A stretch of 63,901 nucleotides of DNA, counting the filler, from Octopus bimaculoides (lineage: Eukaryota): NCBI RefSeq assembly GCF_001194135.2. It is 9 parts of 7 records of this genome, joined end to end, with 100 filler letters (N's around TTAATTAATTAA, not from the genome) between each part and the next. Parts side by side here need not be neighbours in the genome. Positions count along the whole stretch, not along the records: positions 40,652 to 45,099 come from NC_068989.1; positions 45,200 to 47,808 come from NC_069008.1; positions 47,909 to 58,678 come from NC_069007.1; 6 more parts are not named here. One strand, written 5' to 3'. A model generated the notes under the pieces. It was not told where the DNA came from, searched no databases, and saw only the letters and a program-made list of their open reading frames with translations. A program made the position numbers and the translations under genes. Positions 40,552-52,869 of the stretch are shown piece by piece. Every line of letters starts with the position of its first letter. Within the stretch, counting starts at the first letter, position 1.

Positions 40552-40651
40552 NNNNNNNNNNNNNNNNNNNNNNNNNNNNNNNNNNNNNNNNNNNNTTAAT
40601 TAATTAANNNNNNNNNNNNNNNNNNNNNNNNNNNNNNNNNNNNNNNNNNNN
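40552..40651. other. Artificial scaffold-joining linker
   Basis: 44 N + TTAATTAATTAA + 44 N. Confidence 0.95.
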
Positions 40652-41284
40652 TTGATATCTTGCGAATGATTACGGTCAGAATGTTTTGTTATAATTACAA
40701 ACATGAAACTTGTTTCTATGTCGACATTTAAACAAAACTCGGACTTTCTATTTAGAATGTCTGCTGTTTTCGTCAATATTTGGAATTATTTCTCTTTTCG
40801 GAGACTGAAAAGGTTTTTTTTTCTCCGTTATAATATTTGTTATAGCAGGCTGAATGTTTCCGATTATAGTGGTGGTGGGAATGATAATGGCAGTAGTGGT
40901 GATGATGAAGTCGCAATTAATAGCGATGATGGTTGTGATGGTGATAGGGGAAGGTGTGATTACGGGAGTTTTTGTTACTGCGGTTGTTGTTTAGTCCCAA
41001 GTTAACTGTAATCGAGAAAAACTCTGAGCAAAGACATTCTAACGTTAACCATCCCATCTTTTTCTTTTGTACAGGAAACCAAACTCTGGAGACAATGTTA
41101 ATTCAAAAAATTCCGTTTTAAAGACCACAGGCTGTGATTTAAATGAAATTTGGCTGCTATTTTTAGCTGATCGAGTGACTATAAAGATGTTTCCTCGTTG
41201 GATCGTATGAGATGTTGATGATCATCGTGATGATAGTAATATCAACGACCGCTGTGGAATTAGTACCAGGCGAATTCGTACCAG

Positions 41285-41690
<406 letters not shown>

Positions 41691-42116
41691 TGACTCGGTT
41701 TCATATATTCATGAATATACACACCTAAAAAGTTTAACGGGTGGTGGTGTAATCTGGTCGTACATACAACCAATATCTTTTTTCTTATCCGTAGAAATTT
41801 AATCCGAAACCAAGGCCAAACTCACGAACCAATCTTGTTTTCCTTCTTTTTTTTTTTTGTTCCTTTCCTGTTTTTCTTTTGCTTACCAATGCCATTCTGT
41901 CTCAATACCCCCCCACCAGCCTTTCACCAGCTCAGCATCTCGGAATCTTAGCCTCTCAACATCTCGGTAGCTCAAACATCTCAAAGCATTTCATTCTCAA
42001 TAACGTTTCTCTCTTCAGAAGAAATTTGAAATCTCAGTTGATTGTTTATCTTCCTTACTCGGTTTCAACCAGTAAAAGGATTTCTGCTAAATCAATATAT
42101 ATACATGTATATGCGC

Positions 42117-42148
<32 letters not shown>

Positions 42149-42197
42149 GCGTGTGTATGTTTATATGCATATATAAGTATATATGTGTGTGTGTGTT

Positions 42198-42228
<31 letters not shown>

Positions 42229-42245
42229 TTATATACGTAAATATG

Positions 42246-42276
<31 letters not shown>

Positions 42277-42293
42277 TTATATACATATATATG

Positions 42294-42325
<32 letters not shown>

Positions 42326-42584
42326 CATTAAATGTTATTTTTGGTGGTTTATGTATCTACTTAGGCATTTATGTGTGTGCGTATATATGTGTGTATGTAC
42401 ATATATACATACACGCATATATATGCATATCAGTTGTCATTAAATGCATATACGCACGCATATGCATAACCACACACACACACACACACGCACATCTATA
42501 TACATGATGCGTGATTGTATGTATGTACGCAAGTATGTATTTATGTATGTGTGTGTGTGTGTGCATATGTATATACATATATGC

Positions 42585-42637
<53 letters not shown>

Positions 42638-42647
42638 NNNNNNNNNN

Positions 42648-42698
<51 letters not shown>

Positions 42699-42777
42699 CA
42701 CACGCATATATATATGCACACAGAGATATATATACAAACGCATATACACACATATATATACCACATACACACACAGA

Positions 42778-42828
<51 letters not shown>

Positions 42829-44445
42829 ACATACACATATATATATACCACATACGCACACACACACAGACATACATCTCGGTATCCATTATATACATAT
42901 GTACACACACACTTATATACTTGCATATACATATACATCAGAATACATTATACATACAAATGTGTATATATGCATACATACTATATAAGTGTGTGTGTGT
43001 ATACATATATCGATTTACATCTGCATGCAATGCATCGCAAACTGAAAATTACGGCAAACGCCTCATCACTTCATCTTCTGATATGGTCTGAAGATGATGG
43101 TACCATGTATTAAATATCTGATTGCTAAAGGAATACCGCTCTATCATGTGAAATGTAGGTGGTGAGTGTTAAACAAGTGAAAATGATGATTTCTTCATAT
43201 TACTCGCGTAACAATAGTGAAAACTACTTTGAAAAATTTGAGGACGTTGAATGTCTCAGATTCAGAGGAAAATTGTATAGTTGCTGTTAGTGATGTATAT
43301 ATATATATATATATATNNNNNNNNNNNNNNNNNNNNNNNNNNNNNNNNNNNNNNNNNNNNNNNNNNNNNNNNNNNNNNNNNNNNNNNNNNNNNNNNNNNN
43401 NNNNNNNNNNNNNNNNNNNNNNNNNNNNNNNNNNNNNNNNNNNNNNNNNNNNNNNNNNNNNNNNNNNNNNNNNNNNNNNNNNNNNNNNNNNNNNNNNNNN
43501 NNNNNNNNNNNNNNNNNNNNNNNNNNNNNNNNNNNNNNNNNNNNNNNNNNNNNNNNNNNNNNNNNNNNNNNNNNNNNNNNNNNNNNNNNNNNNNNNNNNN
43601 NNNNNNNNNNNNNNNNNNNNNNNNNNNNNNNNNNNNNNNNNNNNNNNNNNNNNNNNNNNNNNNNNNNNNNNNNNNNNNNNNNNNNNNNNNNNNNNNNNNN
43701 NNNNNNNNNNNNNNNNNNNNNNNNNNNNNNNNNNNNNNNNNNNNNNNNNNNNNNNNNNNNNNNNNNNNNNNNNNNNNNNNNNNNNNNNNNNNNNNNNNNN
43801 NNNNNNNNNNNNNNNNNNNNNNNNNNNNNNNNNNNNNNNNNNNNNNNNNNNNNNNNNNNNNNNNNNNNNNNNNNNNNNNNNNNNNNNNNNNNNNNNNNNN
43901 NNNNNNNNNNNNNNNNNNNNNNNNNNNNNNNNNNNNNNNNNNNNNNNNNNNNNNNNNNNNNNNNNNNNNNNNNNNNNNNNNNNNNNNNNNNNNNNNNNNN
44001 NNNNNNNNNNNNNNNNNNNNNNNNNNNNNNNNNNNNNNNNNNNNNNNNNNNNNNNNNNNNNNNNNNNNNNNNNNNNNNNNNNNNNNNNNNNNNNNNNNNN
44101 NNNNNNNNNNNNNNNNNNNNNNNNNNNNNNNNNNNNNNNNNNNNNNNNNNNNNNNNNNNNNNNNNNNNNNNNNNNNNNNNNNNNNNNNNNNNNNNNNNNN
44201 NNNNNNNNNNNNNNNNNNNNNNNNNNNNNNNNNNNNNNNNNNNNNNNNNNNNNNNNNNNNNNNNNNNNNNNNNNNNNNNNNCATGAATAGTTAAAATCTA
44301 AAAAAAAAAAAAAAACATATAAATGCTTATCGGCCGCAGAAATCCGGATATACTGAGGAGTCCGCGAAATAAATTTACAGATATTAACCCGAAAAATCCG
44401 CGATGTATTGGGTGCGCGATAGGCGAATATATATATATATTATGA

Positions 44446-44715
44446 GCACAGGCGTGGCTGTGTGGTGAGAAGCTTGCTTCCCAACCACGTAGTTTCCGGG
44501 TTCAGTCCCACTACGTGTTTTCTACTTTAGCCTCGGGCCGACCAAAGCCTTATGAGTGGATTTGATAGACGGAAACTGAAAGAAGCCCATCGTATATATG
44601 TATGTATATGTTTGTATGTCTGTGTTTGTCCCACCATCAACGCTTGATGTTGGTGTGTTTACGTCCCCGTTACTTAGCGATTCGAGAAAAGAGATGGATA
44701 GAATAAGTACTAGGG
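44446..44715 (+). mobile_element. SINE family D
   Basis: Homologous to the 45507 copy, with a short internal microsatellite. Confidence 0.85.
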
Positions 44716-44726
44716 AAAAGAGACGG

Positions 44727-45078
44727 ATAGAATAAGCAGCTCGTCCATAATACCCAAGCTTATGCAGATATGTAACACACGTTCTTGGACTAACTTCTAG
44801 CTGTTTTGCAATGTCAGAAGCCTTCGAACGGGGTTCGTTTTCCACAATTCTTTTCAAGCAGCGAAACTTCTTTTCCAAGGGCCCAAGTCGGCCGGTACGA
44901 GAATCTGTTGATTCTTTTTCCTTGGCTTTTGAATTGCACTATAATTCTATTAACAGTAACAAGACGAATTTGAAGATTTTCGACAATTTTTCGCTGGCTA
45001 AGACCAGCCTCGGATTGCCCAACAATACGACCTCTTTGGAAATCTGACAGTTCTGCTGAATTTTTTTGTGCGTGGCAT
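44727..45078 (-). mobile_element. Tc1-family transposase N-terminal (HTH) fragment
   Basis: [28 protein letters not shown]...[24 protein letters not shown]...LGYYGRAA, with a frameshift, truncated by a SINE. Confidence 0.8.
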
Positions 45079-45099
45079 GGTTACTCTTTACAAATGTTT

Positions 45100-45199
45100 N
45101 NNNNNNNNNNNNNNNNNNNNNNNNNNNNNNNNNNNNNNNNNNNTTAATTAATTAANNNNNNNNNNNNNNNNNNNNNNNNNNNNNNNNNNNNNNNNNNNN
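45100..45199. other. Artificial scaffold-joining linker
   Basis: 44 N + TTAATTAATTAA + 44 N. Confidence 0.95.
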
Positions 45200-45240
<41 letters not shown>

Positions 45241-45405
45241 TGTACTAAAGTGAACCAAGTGTGACACAAGAGGATTTGGCTGAATGAAGGGGCGTACAGG
45301 TGAGAAAGTCATTGTGCCAACTCAGCGAATTCCCCTACAACACCGTCGCATTATGCATATTTATGGTGCCCTATATACAGGCAGACACACAATCTGACAT
45401 ACGAA

Positions 45406-45453
<48 letters not shown>

Positions 45454-45506
45454 AGAATAATCAACAGCAGTCCGTGTGTGTGTGTGTCTGTGTGTGTGCG
45501 TGTGTA

Positions 45507-45677
45507 GGCGTAGGAGTGGCTGTGTGGTCAGAAGCTTGCTTACCAACCACATGGATACGGGTTCAGTCCCACTGCGTGGCACCTTGGGCAAGTGTCTTCA
45601 AGTATAGCCTCGGGCCGACTAGAGCTTTGTGAGTGGATTTGATAGACGGAAACTGAAAGAAGCTCTTCGTGTGTATG

Positions 45678-45720
<43 letters not shown>

Positions 45721-45891
45721 GTAAGTGTTTGTTTGCCCCGCCACCGTCGCTTGACAACCGATGCTGGTGTGTTTACGCCCCCATAACTTACCGATTCGAC
45801 AAAAAGAGCCGATAGAATAAGGGCGATTTGTCCGACTAAAAGGCGATGGTCCAGCATGACCGTAGTCAAATGATTGAAACAAATAAAAGAA
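45507..45891 (+). mobile_element. tRNA-derived SINE, family D, with internal (TA)n/(TG)n tract, full length
   Basis: A box TGGCTGTGTGG, B box GGGTTCAGTCCC, then GGCACCTTGGGCAAGTG, an internal microsatellite and tail CAAATGATTGAAACAAATAAAAGA. Other copies at about 30-176, 9459-9630, 13790-14060, 14200-14345, 29540-29780, 44446-44715, 55080-55330 and 57265-57460. Confidence 0.88.
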
Positions 45892-46716
45892 TATATATAT
45901 GTATATATATATATATAGACGTCCATCTACGCATACATTTCTGTGTCAGCGTAGTATGTTGGAGGTGTATATCCGAGTGTAGAGCGTGTGGAGGTGTATA
46001 GAATATGGAATGTATACAGTCTTAATTGGACATCATCATCACCAACAAGAGCAATGAGAACAACATTGGCGATTAAAGAAGCAATTAAGCTTGGATTAGG
46101 ATTTGCGATTATCCGCTAAAGATTCTTTAGCATTCACACGTGTCTACACACACACACATACAAACACACACACACACAAACACANNNNNNNNNNNNNNNN
46201 NNNNNNNNNNNNNNNNNNNNNNNNNNNNNNNNNNNNNNNNNNNNNNNNNNNNNNNNNNNNNNNNNNNNNNNNNNNNNNNNNNNNNNNNNNNNNNNNNNNN
46301 NNNNNNNNNNNNNNNNNNNNNNNNNNNNNNNNNNNNNNNNNNNNNNNNNNNNNNNNNNNNNNNNNNNNNNNNNNNNNNNNNNNNNNNNNNNNNNNNNNNN
46401 NNNNNNNNNNNNNNNNNNNNNNNNNNNNNNNNNNNNNNNNNNNNNNNNNNNNNNNNNNNNNNNNNNNNNNNNNNNNNNNNNNNNNNNNNNNNNNNNNNNN
46501 NNNNNNNNNNNNNNNNNNNNNNNNNNNNNNNNNNNNNNNNNNNTATACATATGTATACATATATATATGCACACAGGCTTGCTGATGCCCTCCTCAGTAT
46601 CAGCGAGAATGAATTATTGCACTCCATCATGGCATGGAGTTCTCTTTCTCAGGTGTTTTACACTGAATTGTTTCTATAGGTGTTGTGTGCGTACATATGT
46701 TTATACATACACACAC

Positions 46717-46768
<52 letters not shown>

Positions 46769-46996
46769 TCATAGCGGAATGTACGTGAGTGGCTGCATGT
46801 ATATAAGTGCAAATGTATGTATTTGGATGCAGTTGTGTGTGTCTGTGTATAGATTCATACATACATTTATGTCTGTATTCGTATAGAAATTTGTGTAAAT
46901 GTGCATATGTTTGTGTGTGTATGTGCTCCAGCATGGGTCATCGTCAAATGACTGAAACAAGTAAAAAATAAAAGAATATATGCATTTGTATATGTT

Positions 46997-47033
<37 letters not shown>

Positions 47034-47649
47034 TCATATATATATTCATATATATATGTATGTATATATATGTGTGTGTGTATGTATGTGTGTTTACATG
47101 TGTGTGTGTACATCTATGCATTCACACACAAGCACACACACATACGTATGCACGTACGCATACATACTGAAGATCAATTGGGACAGAAAAGGCGAACGAA
47201 TTGAAGAAACGGTCTTAGTCTCTCTTTTCTATTTTCTCTTCTTGGATAAATCCCTTATTAATTTATTAAGGAGATTAAGTAATTTAACTCTTAGCGTAGA
47301 GATTAAACCGTTTTAACAGACAAACAGGATTGACAACAACAAGAACACCTACGTAGGAGCTTTTGTTTAATATATCTGAGAGAAATAGCAGTCAAATTCC
47401 ACCCCAAATCGCAACTTATTGTTTTATGTATGTATATGTGTATGCATGAACCAGGGAGGGAGACCTCTACATAGTTGCTAGACCTGGTAGAAACAGCAGC
47501 CTAATCTCCCTCAAATCACACCCTTCTGTTTTATGTATGTATGTATGCATGAACCAGTGAGAGAGAGACCTCTACATGGTAGCTATACCTAGGAGAAATA
47601 GCAGCCAAATCTTCCTCAAATTTCATGCTAATGTCTTATGTATGTATAT

Positions 47650-47790
47650 TTTCATTTTCGCTCTCTGCTTATTTCTGCGTTTCCTTCTGTTGAAGACCGT
47701 AGACTCGAAACGTAAAAGACTTTCCCACTTCCCGAGCGTTAAACTAATACATCAGTTTGTTGTTTACACACTCGTCTTCGTCTTCAGTTT
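47650..47790 (+). repeat. Second copy of the hammerhead-like-motif repeat
   Basis: CCTT-CTGTTGA-A-GACC(GTAG)ACTC-GAAA-CGTA-AAAG at 47683-47718, with more degenerate stems. Confidence 0.5.
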
Positions 47791-47808
47791 TTTTTTTTTT
47801 TTTTTTTG

Positions 47809-47908
47809 NNNNNNNNNNNNNNNNNNNNNNNNNNNNNNNNNNNNNNNNNNNNTTAATTAATTAANNNNNNNNNNNNNNNNNNNNNNNNNNNNNNNNNNNN
47901 NNNNNNNN
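47809..47908. other. Artificial scaffold-joining linker
   Basis: 44 N + TTAATTAATTAA + 44 N. Confidence 0.95.
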
Positions 47909-47924
47909 TATATACATGTATATA

Positions 47925-49191
47925 TTGGGCCATCCCGTAAATAATGCAGTTATTTTATACTTCTTTTATTTTTCAAAATTAAGATAAAACAGTGCTTTTT
48001 AAAATTTGAAATATACTCTCCTTCATTTTCCACAAGACTCTTCCATCTATCTGGTAAACTTTCAAGGCCCTCTTCCAAAATTCACTTGTCTATGACAAAA
48101 ACTACTCTTCCACTGTTCTGACCTCACCAACAGAATTCGTATTTTTTCTGTCCAAATAATTTTGAAGACTGCGGAATAAATGATAATCAGATGGTACAAT
48201 GTCTGGTGAATATGGTGGGTGAGGCATTGTTTCCCATTCAGACTGCTCCAGCCTTTGGAATGTCATCCTCGCTATATGTGGCTGAGCATTATCCTGATGG
48301 AAGAACACCTTTTGTCTTGAAACCAAAGATGGTCGTTTTTCTTCTAGCACTGACCTAAGCCACTCAAGCTGCTTGCAGTAGATCTCCTTTGTTATCGTTT
48401 GGTTTGGCTTTAAAAGTTCAAAGTGGACTAAACCTTTCATATCCCACCAAACAGATAACAACACTTTATGTGGATATAGGCCTTTTTTAGTCCGGGGTGC
48501 CAGTGTTTCTCCTTTCTCCACCCACTGTCTTCAGTGCTTGACATTTTTATAGAGAACCCATTTCTCGTCACCAGTCACTATTCGGTCCAAAAAAGGTTCA
48601 TTCTTAAGACGTGACAGTAAAGAAGACCACACATTCACTCTCTGGAGTCTGTGAGGAACCCATTGACCCAATTTGCTGACTATTTCGATGGCATGCAGGT
48701 GTCAATGAATGGTTGAATGACCAAATCCAAGCTTCTCTGCTAGTTCTTCAACAGTTATGATGGGATTTTGTTCCACTAGGGTTTGCAGGACATTCTCATC
48801 AAGCTCTACACATCTTCCAGGATGAGGCTCATCTTCTAGGCTGCAGTTTCTGGTTCGGAATTTCAGGAAGCACTACTGACACCGGCTTATGCTTATTGTC
48901 CAATCCCCATATACTGCATTAATATTCTTCACACTTTCCCTTGTGTTGTTGCCTTTATTGAACTCACAAAGCAAAATATGCCGAATATGTTCCTTTGTCA
49001 CTTCCATTATAGCTTTGCAAAAATAACTGTTGAAATTGAACTGCACTCTTCAAAACTTACACCAAGAATAAGGACATGGTAAAAATTACTACCTGCTTTT
49101 ATAGCAAGTTGATGCAGGTAGTTTATCCCATCCCTCTCTGACTTTTAGTTCATGCAATTGAAAAAAATACATTATTTATGGGATGACCCAA
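47925..49191 (-). mobile_element. Near full-length mariner (DD34D) DNA transposon with degenerate transposase
   Basis: About 1267 bp with inverted termini TTGGGCCATCCCGTAAATAATG / CATTATTTATGGGATGACCCAA, flanked by TA on both sides. The minus-strand transposase runs from ATG 49007 (MEVTKEHIRHILL...) through IVTGDEKW, HQDNAQPH and YSPDIVPSDYHLFRSL, with stops and frameshifts. Confidence 0.95.
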
Positions 49192-49331
49192 TATATGAGT
49201 AAAGTTAGATATGGCCGGTTTATGGGATTACCCTGGGTTTCATGTCCATAAAGAACTTAGCTTTATGGAATATCATCAGATCCCAAACCTGTTAACTTAT
49301 GGCCTCTCTAGCAAGTGCCCTATATATATAT

Positions 49332-49333
<2 letters not shown>

Positions 49334-49375
<42 letters not shown>

Positions 49376-49556
49376 TTAGCATCCACTTTCCATGATGGAT
49401 AGTTTGACTGAAACTGGTAAGCCTGAGAACTATATCAGTTGCCAGTTTGATTTTGGCTTGGTGTCTACAGCTGGATGCCCTTCCTGATGTCAACCACTCC
49501 AAGAGTGTAGTGGGTGCCTTAAACATGTCACCAGCATGGGTGCTTTTATGTGTCAC
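49334..49556 (-). mobile_element. RTE 3' UTR fragment
   Basis: (CAT)n tail plus TTTCCATGATGG...CTACAGCTGGATGCCCTTCCT, homologous to the 57534 copy. Confidence 0.75.
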
Positions 49557-50073
49557 CCTATATATATATATATATATATAAATATATATNNNNNNNNNNN
49601 NNNNNNNNNNNNNNNNNNNNNNNNNNNNNNNNNNNNNNNNNNNNNNNNNNNNNNNNNNNNNNNNNNNNNNNNNNNNNNNNNNNNNNNNNNNNNNNNNNNN
49701 NNNNNNNNNNNNNNNNNNNNNNNNNNNNNNNNNNNNNNNNNNNNNNNNNNNNNNNNNNNNNNNNNNNNNNNNNNNNNNNNNNNNNNNNNNNNNNNNNNNN
49801 NNNNNNNNNNNNNNNNNNNNNNNNNNNNNNNNNNNNNNNNNNNNNNNNNNNNNNNNNNNNNNNNNNNNNNNNNNNNNNNNNNNNNNNNNNNNNNNNNNNN
49901 NNNNNNNNNNNNNNNNNNNNNNNNNNNNNNNNNNNNNNNNNNNNNNNNNNNNNNNNNNNNNNNNNNNNNNNNNNNNNNNNNNNNNNNNNNNNNNNNNNNN
50001 NNNNNNNNNNNNNNNNNNNNNNNNNNNNNNNNNNNNNNNNNNNNNNNNNNNNNNNNNNNNNNNNNNNNNNNNN

Positions 50074-50126
<53 letters not shown>

Positions 50127-50380
50127 ATAGGCAAATCAAAATTAAAAACAAAAATAAGAAAAACATCAAAAGTCAAAAGGACACACACAGTGAATATATT
50201 AGATTAACACTCAGAGAAAGTTTAAAATGGGAAAAAAGTAGGGGCGTGACATTTTGAATATGGGTCTTCATTGGAAAGAGGAAAAGGGTCCAAAGAGAAA
50301 GAGAAGAATTGTCTGAGAAAAACATTTGTATACACACACGCACGTATGTATATACACATATGCACATATCTATGTATGTA

Positions 50381-50598
50381 TGAGGTGGGCACTGAAAAGT
50401 TCCTGGCTTTAAGGGTATTGTGACAGGCCTGGTTGGAGGCCCTACCTTCCAAGTTCTTTTACAGGGTTTAGAAAAACTGAAGGACTATTGCAATAAGTGT
50501 GTGAATCTGAGAGGGAAATATGTTGAATAAAATCATAATTAACTGATCCTCCTGTATTTTCTTTTACCTAAAACCAAGAACTTTGCAGCACCCTCTTG
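50381..50598. mobile_element. 218-bp mariner-type MITE
   Basis: Imperfect TIRs (..GGGCACTGAAAAGTTCCTGGCTTT / AAACCAAGAACTTTGCAGCACCC..) with TA flanks. Homologous to the 51558 and 21382 copies. Confidence 0.85.
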
Positions 50599-50600
50599 TA

Positions 50601-51524
50601 TAGTGTGCATACTAGACAGAGTATTAGTACCTTGAGAGAAAAGTTGAACTTACGAAGCATCAGTTGTGGTGCGCAAGAGAGACGATTGCGCTGGTATGGT
50701 CATGTAGCGAGAATGGATGAGGATAGCTGTGTGAAAAAGTGCCACACCCTAGCAGTTGAGAGAACCTGTGGAAGAGGTAGGCCCAGGAAGACCTGGGATG
50801 AGGTGGTGCGGCACAACCTTTGAACATTAGGCCTCACCGAGGTGATGATTTCTGACTGAGACCTTTGGAAATATGCAGTGCGTGAGAAGACCAGGCAAGC
50901 CATGTGAGACCTAAATATAAGGCCTCAGCCAGTTCACTTATGCGTACCTTCCTTCATTGGACACTAAACTCCACTTGCGAAGACCTGTTGAGGCAAGTGA
51001 AATCGAAATCGAGTTAAATTCGACGACTGGCACCCATACCGTCGTCTCCTTCATTGGACACGAAACTCAGCTTGCGAAGACTTATTGGGGCAAGCGAAAG
51101 TGAAATCGTGATGGCACCTGTGCCCAGCGTCGCCTTTCTGGCACTTGTGCCCGCGGCATGTTTNNNNNNNNNNNNNNNNNNNNNNNNNNNNNNNNNNNNN
51201 NNNNNNNNNNNNNNNNNNNNNNNNNNNNNNNNNNNNNNNNNNNNNNNNNNNNNNNNNNNNNNNNNNNNNNNNNNNNNNNNNNNNNNNNNNNNNNNNNNNN
51301 NNNNNNNNNNNNNNNNNNNNNNNNNNNNNNNNNNNNNNNNNNNNNNNNNNNNNNNNNNNNNNNNNNNNNNNNNNNNNNNNNNNNNNNNNNNNNNNNNNNN
51401 NNNNNNNNNNNNNNNNNNNNNNNNNNNNGATTGGAGCCTGGTGTAGCCATCTGGTTTCACCAGTCCTCAATCAAATCGTCCAACCCATGCTAGCATGGAA
51501 AGCAGATGTTGAACGACGATGATG

Positions 51525-51526
<2 letters not shown>
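50601..51526 (+). mobile_element. RTE-clade LINE 3' fragment (ORF C-terminus, 3' UTR, (GAT)n tail)
   Basis: RRLRWYGHVARMDEDSCVKKC...RGRPRKTWDEVV is the classic RTE C-terminus. The 3' end is CCCATGCTAGCATGGAAAGCAGATGTTGAACGACGATGATGAT. Contains an N gap. Confidence 0.88.
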
Positions 51527-51557
<31 letters not shown>

Positions 51558-51558
<1 letters not shown>

Positions 51559-51775
51559 TAGGGGGTGCTGAAAAACTCCTGCTTTTAAGTGTTATTGTGA
51601 AACTCCTGGCTAGAGGCCCAACTTACCAAGTTCTTTTACAGGGCTTAGAAAAACTGAAGGACTGTTGCAATAAGTATGTGAATCTGAGATAGGAATATGT
51701 TGAATAGAATTATAATTGACTGATCCTCCTGTATTTTCTTTTGCTCAAAGCCAGGAAGTTTTCAGCACCCCTTTG
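51558..51775. mobile_element. 218-bp mariner-type MITE about 160 bp upstream of the PTGS ATG
   Basis: TIRs GGGGGTGCTGAAAACTCCTG / CAGGAAGTTTTCAGCACCCC with TA flanks. Confidence 0.88.
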
Positions 51776-51934
51776 TAGAGAGTGAAACAATGATAAAGAA
51801 AGAGTTAGTAACAATAACCTTGTTGTTAAATTGAATATTACAATATATATTTATCTATACAAGTTTATTATATTCTAATGTACATTTGTATATATTTGTA
51901 CATACACACATATGCAGGTTCTACTGTGAAGAGC

Positions 51935-52016
51935 ATGAAAGGGTCAACTCTGCAGATCCCTCTACTGATGATGATGATGATGATGATAGCATTAATTTTC
52001 CCTGCATATGTCAAAG
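51935..52016 (+). CDS. PTGS: Cyclooxygenase (prostaglandin G/H synthase) coding exon 1: signal peptide MKGSTLQIPLLMMMMMMIALIFPAYVK(A)
   Basis: ATG at 51935, a hydrophobic 27-codon signal-peptide-like stretch, and a strong donor AAAG|gtgagt in phase 1. It joins in frame (G+CT = Ala) to the EGF exon at 53976. Not shown in the ORF track. Confidence 0.8.
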
Positions 52017-52583
52017 GTGAGTGGTCCTTTGGTAACTAAATTTCCTTCAAACAAACTCCTCCCATGTTCCAGTAGACATTTCTGTGACAGTGTCCTCACC
52101 AAAGTGGGTACCCCACAGTTGGTCATAAACATTGTTTTCTCTAAGTTTTTTGTTTCTACTGTGCATACATGCAGAAATTTGCATTTTGTGCAAATTTTGT
52201 CCTTTATGAAGTATGTGCACATTTGTGCAAATAACCATGGCTCAACAAAAAGTAAGAAGCATAAAGATCAACTTGTAAACCTTGCATGTGCACATTTTTC
52301 TTTTGTGCCCTGGTTATAAACATGTGCATGTATGCACACAAATACATGGCTTAGAATGATTAATAATGGAATCACAGTCATGGCTATAGGTATAGGCATG
52401 GCTGTGTGGTTAAGAAGTTTGCTTTGCAACCTGAGTGGCATGATGGCTAAGTGCAAAGTCAAATTTGCCTTTCGTCCTTTTGAGGTTGATAAAATAAAGT
52501 GCCAGTCAAGGACTGAGTTTAATGTAATCAACTAACCCCACCCTCCGAAAACTGCTGGCTTTGTGCCAAAAGTTATTATTATT

Positions 52584-52834
52584 CCTTCGTAATACAGTGT
52601 AGGTAAGAATGCACCGGAGTCTTTAGTCATCTGTCAAGTCAGAACAAGGAGCTCAGACAGATAATACTTTCCTTAAGATGTGCGCTGTGCCCAATAAGGC
52701 TGCTTTTTGCAAAACATCAATTTTGCATGGGATTTCCAATTGCCTTAAGAATTTCTTGAACTTTAAATGAGATTGAGCCAAAGCTCTGATCACCATTGGT
52801 ATCACTTTTACACTACTCTCTCGGATTCCATACA
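52584..52834 (-). mobile_element. RLE-type (R4/Dong-like) non-LTR retrotransposon 3' fragment
   Basis: VIPMVIRALA...IDVLQKAALLGTAHILRKVLSV* resembles the C-terminus of restriction-like-endonuclease LINEs. Flanked by (TAA)n on both sides. Confidence 0.7.
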
Positions 52835-52869
52835 TTATTATTATTATTATTATTATTGTTTTACTTCTC

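Noticed and set aside
50984-51005. CTGTTGAG..GAAA in the RTE 3' UTR as a hammerhead core
   Set aside because: There is no real stem II and no NUH/stem III, and the second tandem copy lacks the core.
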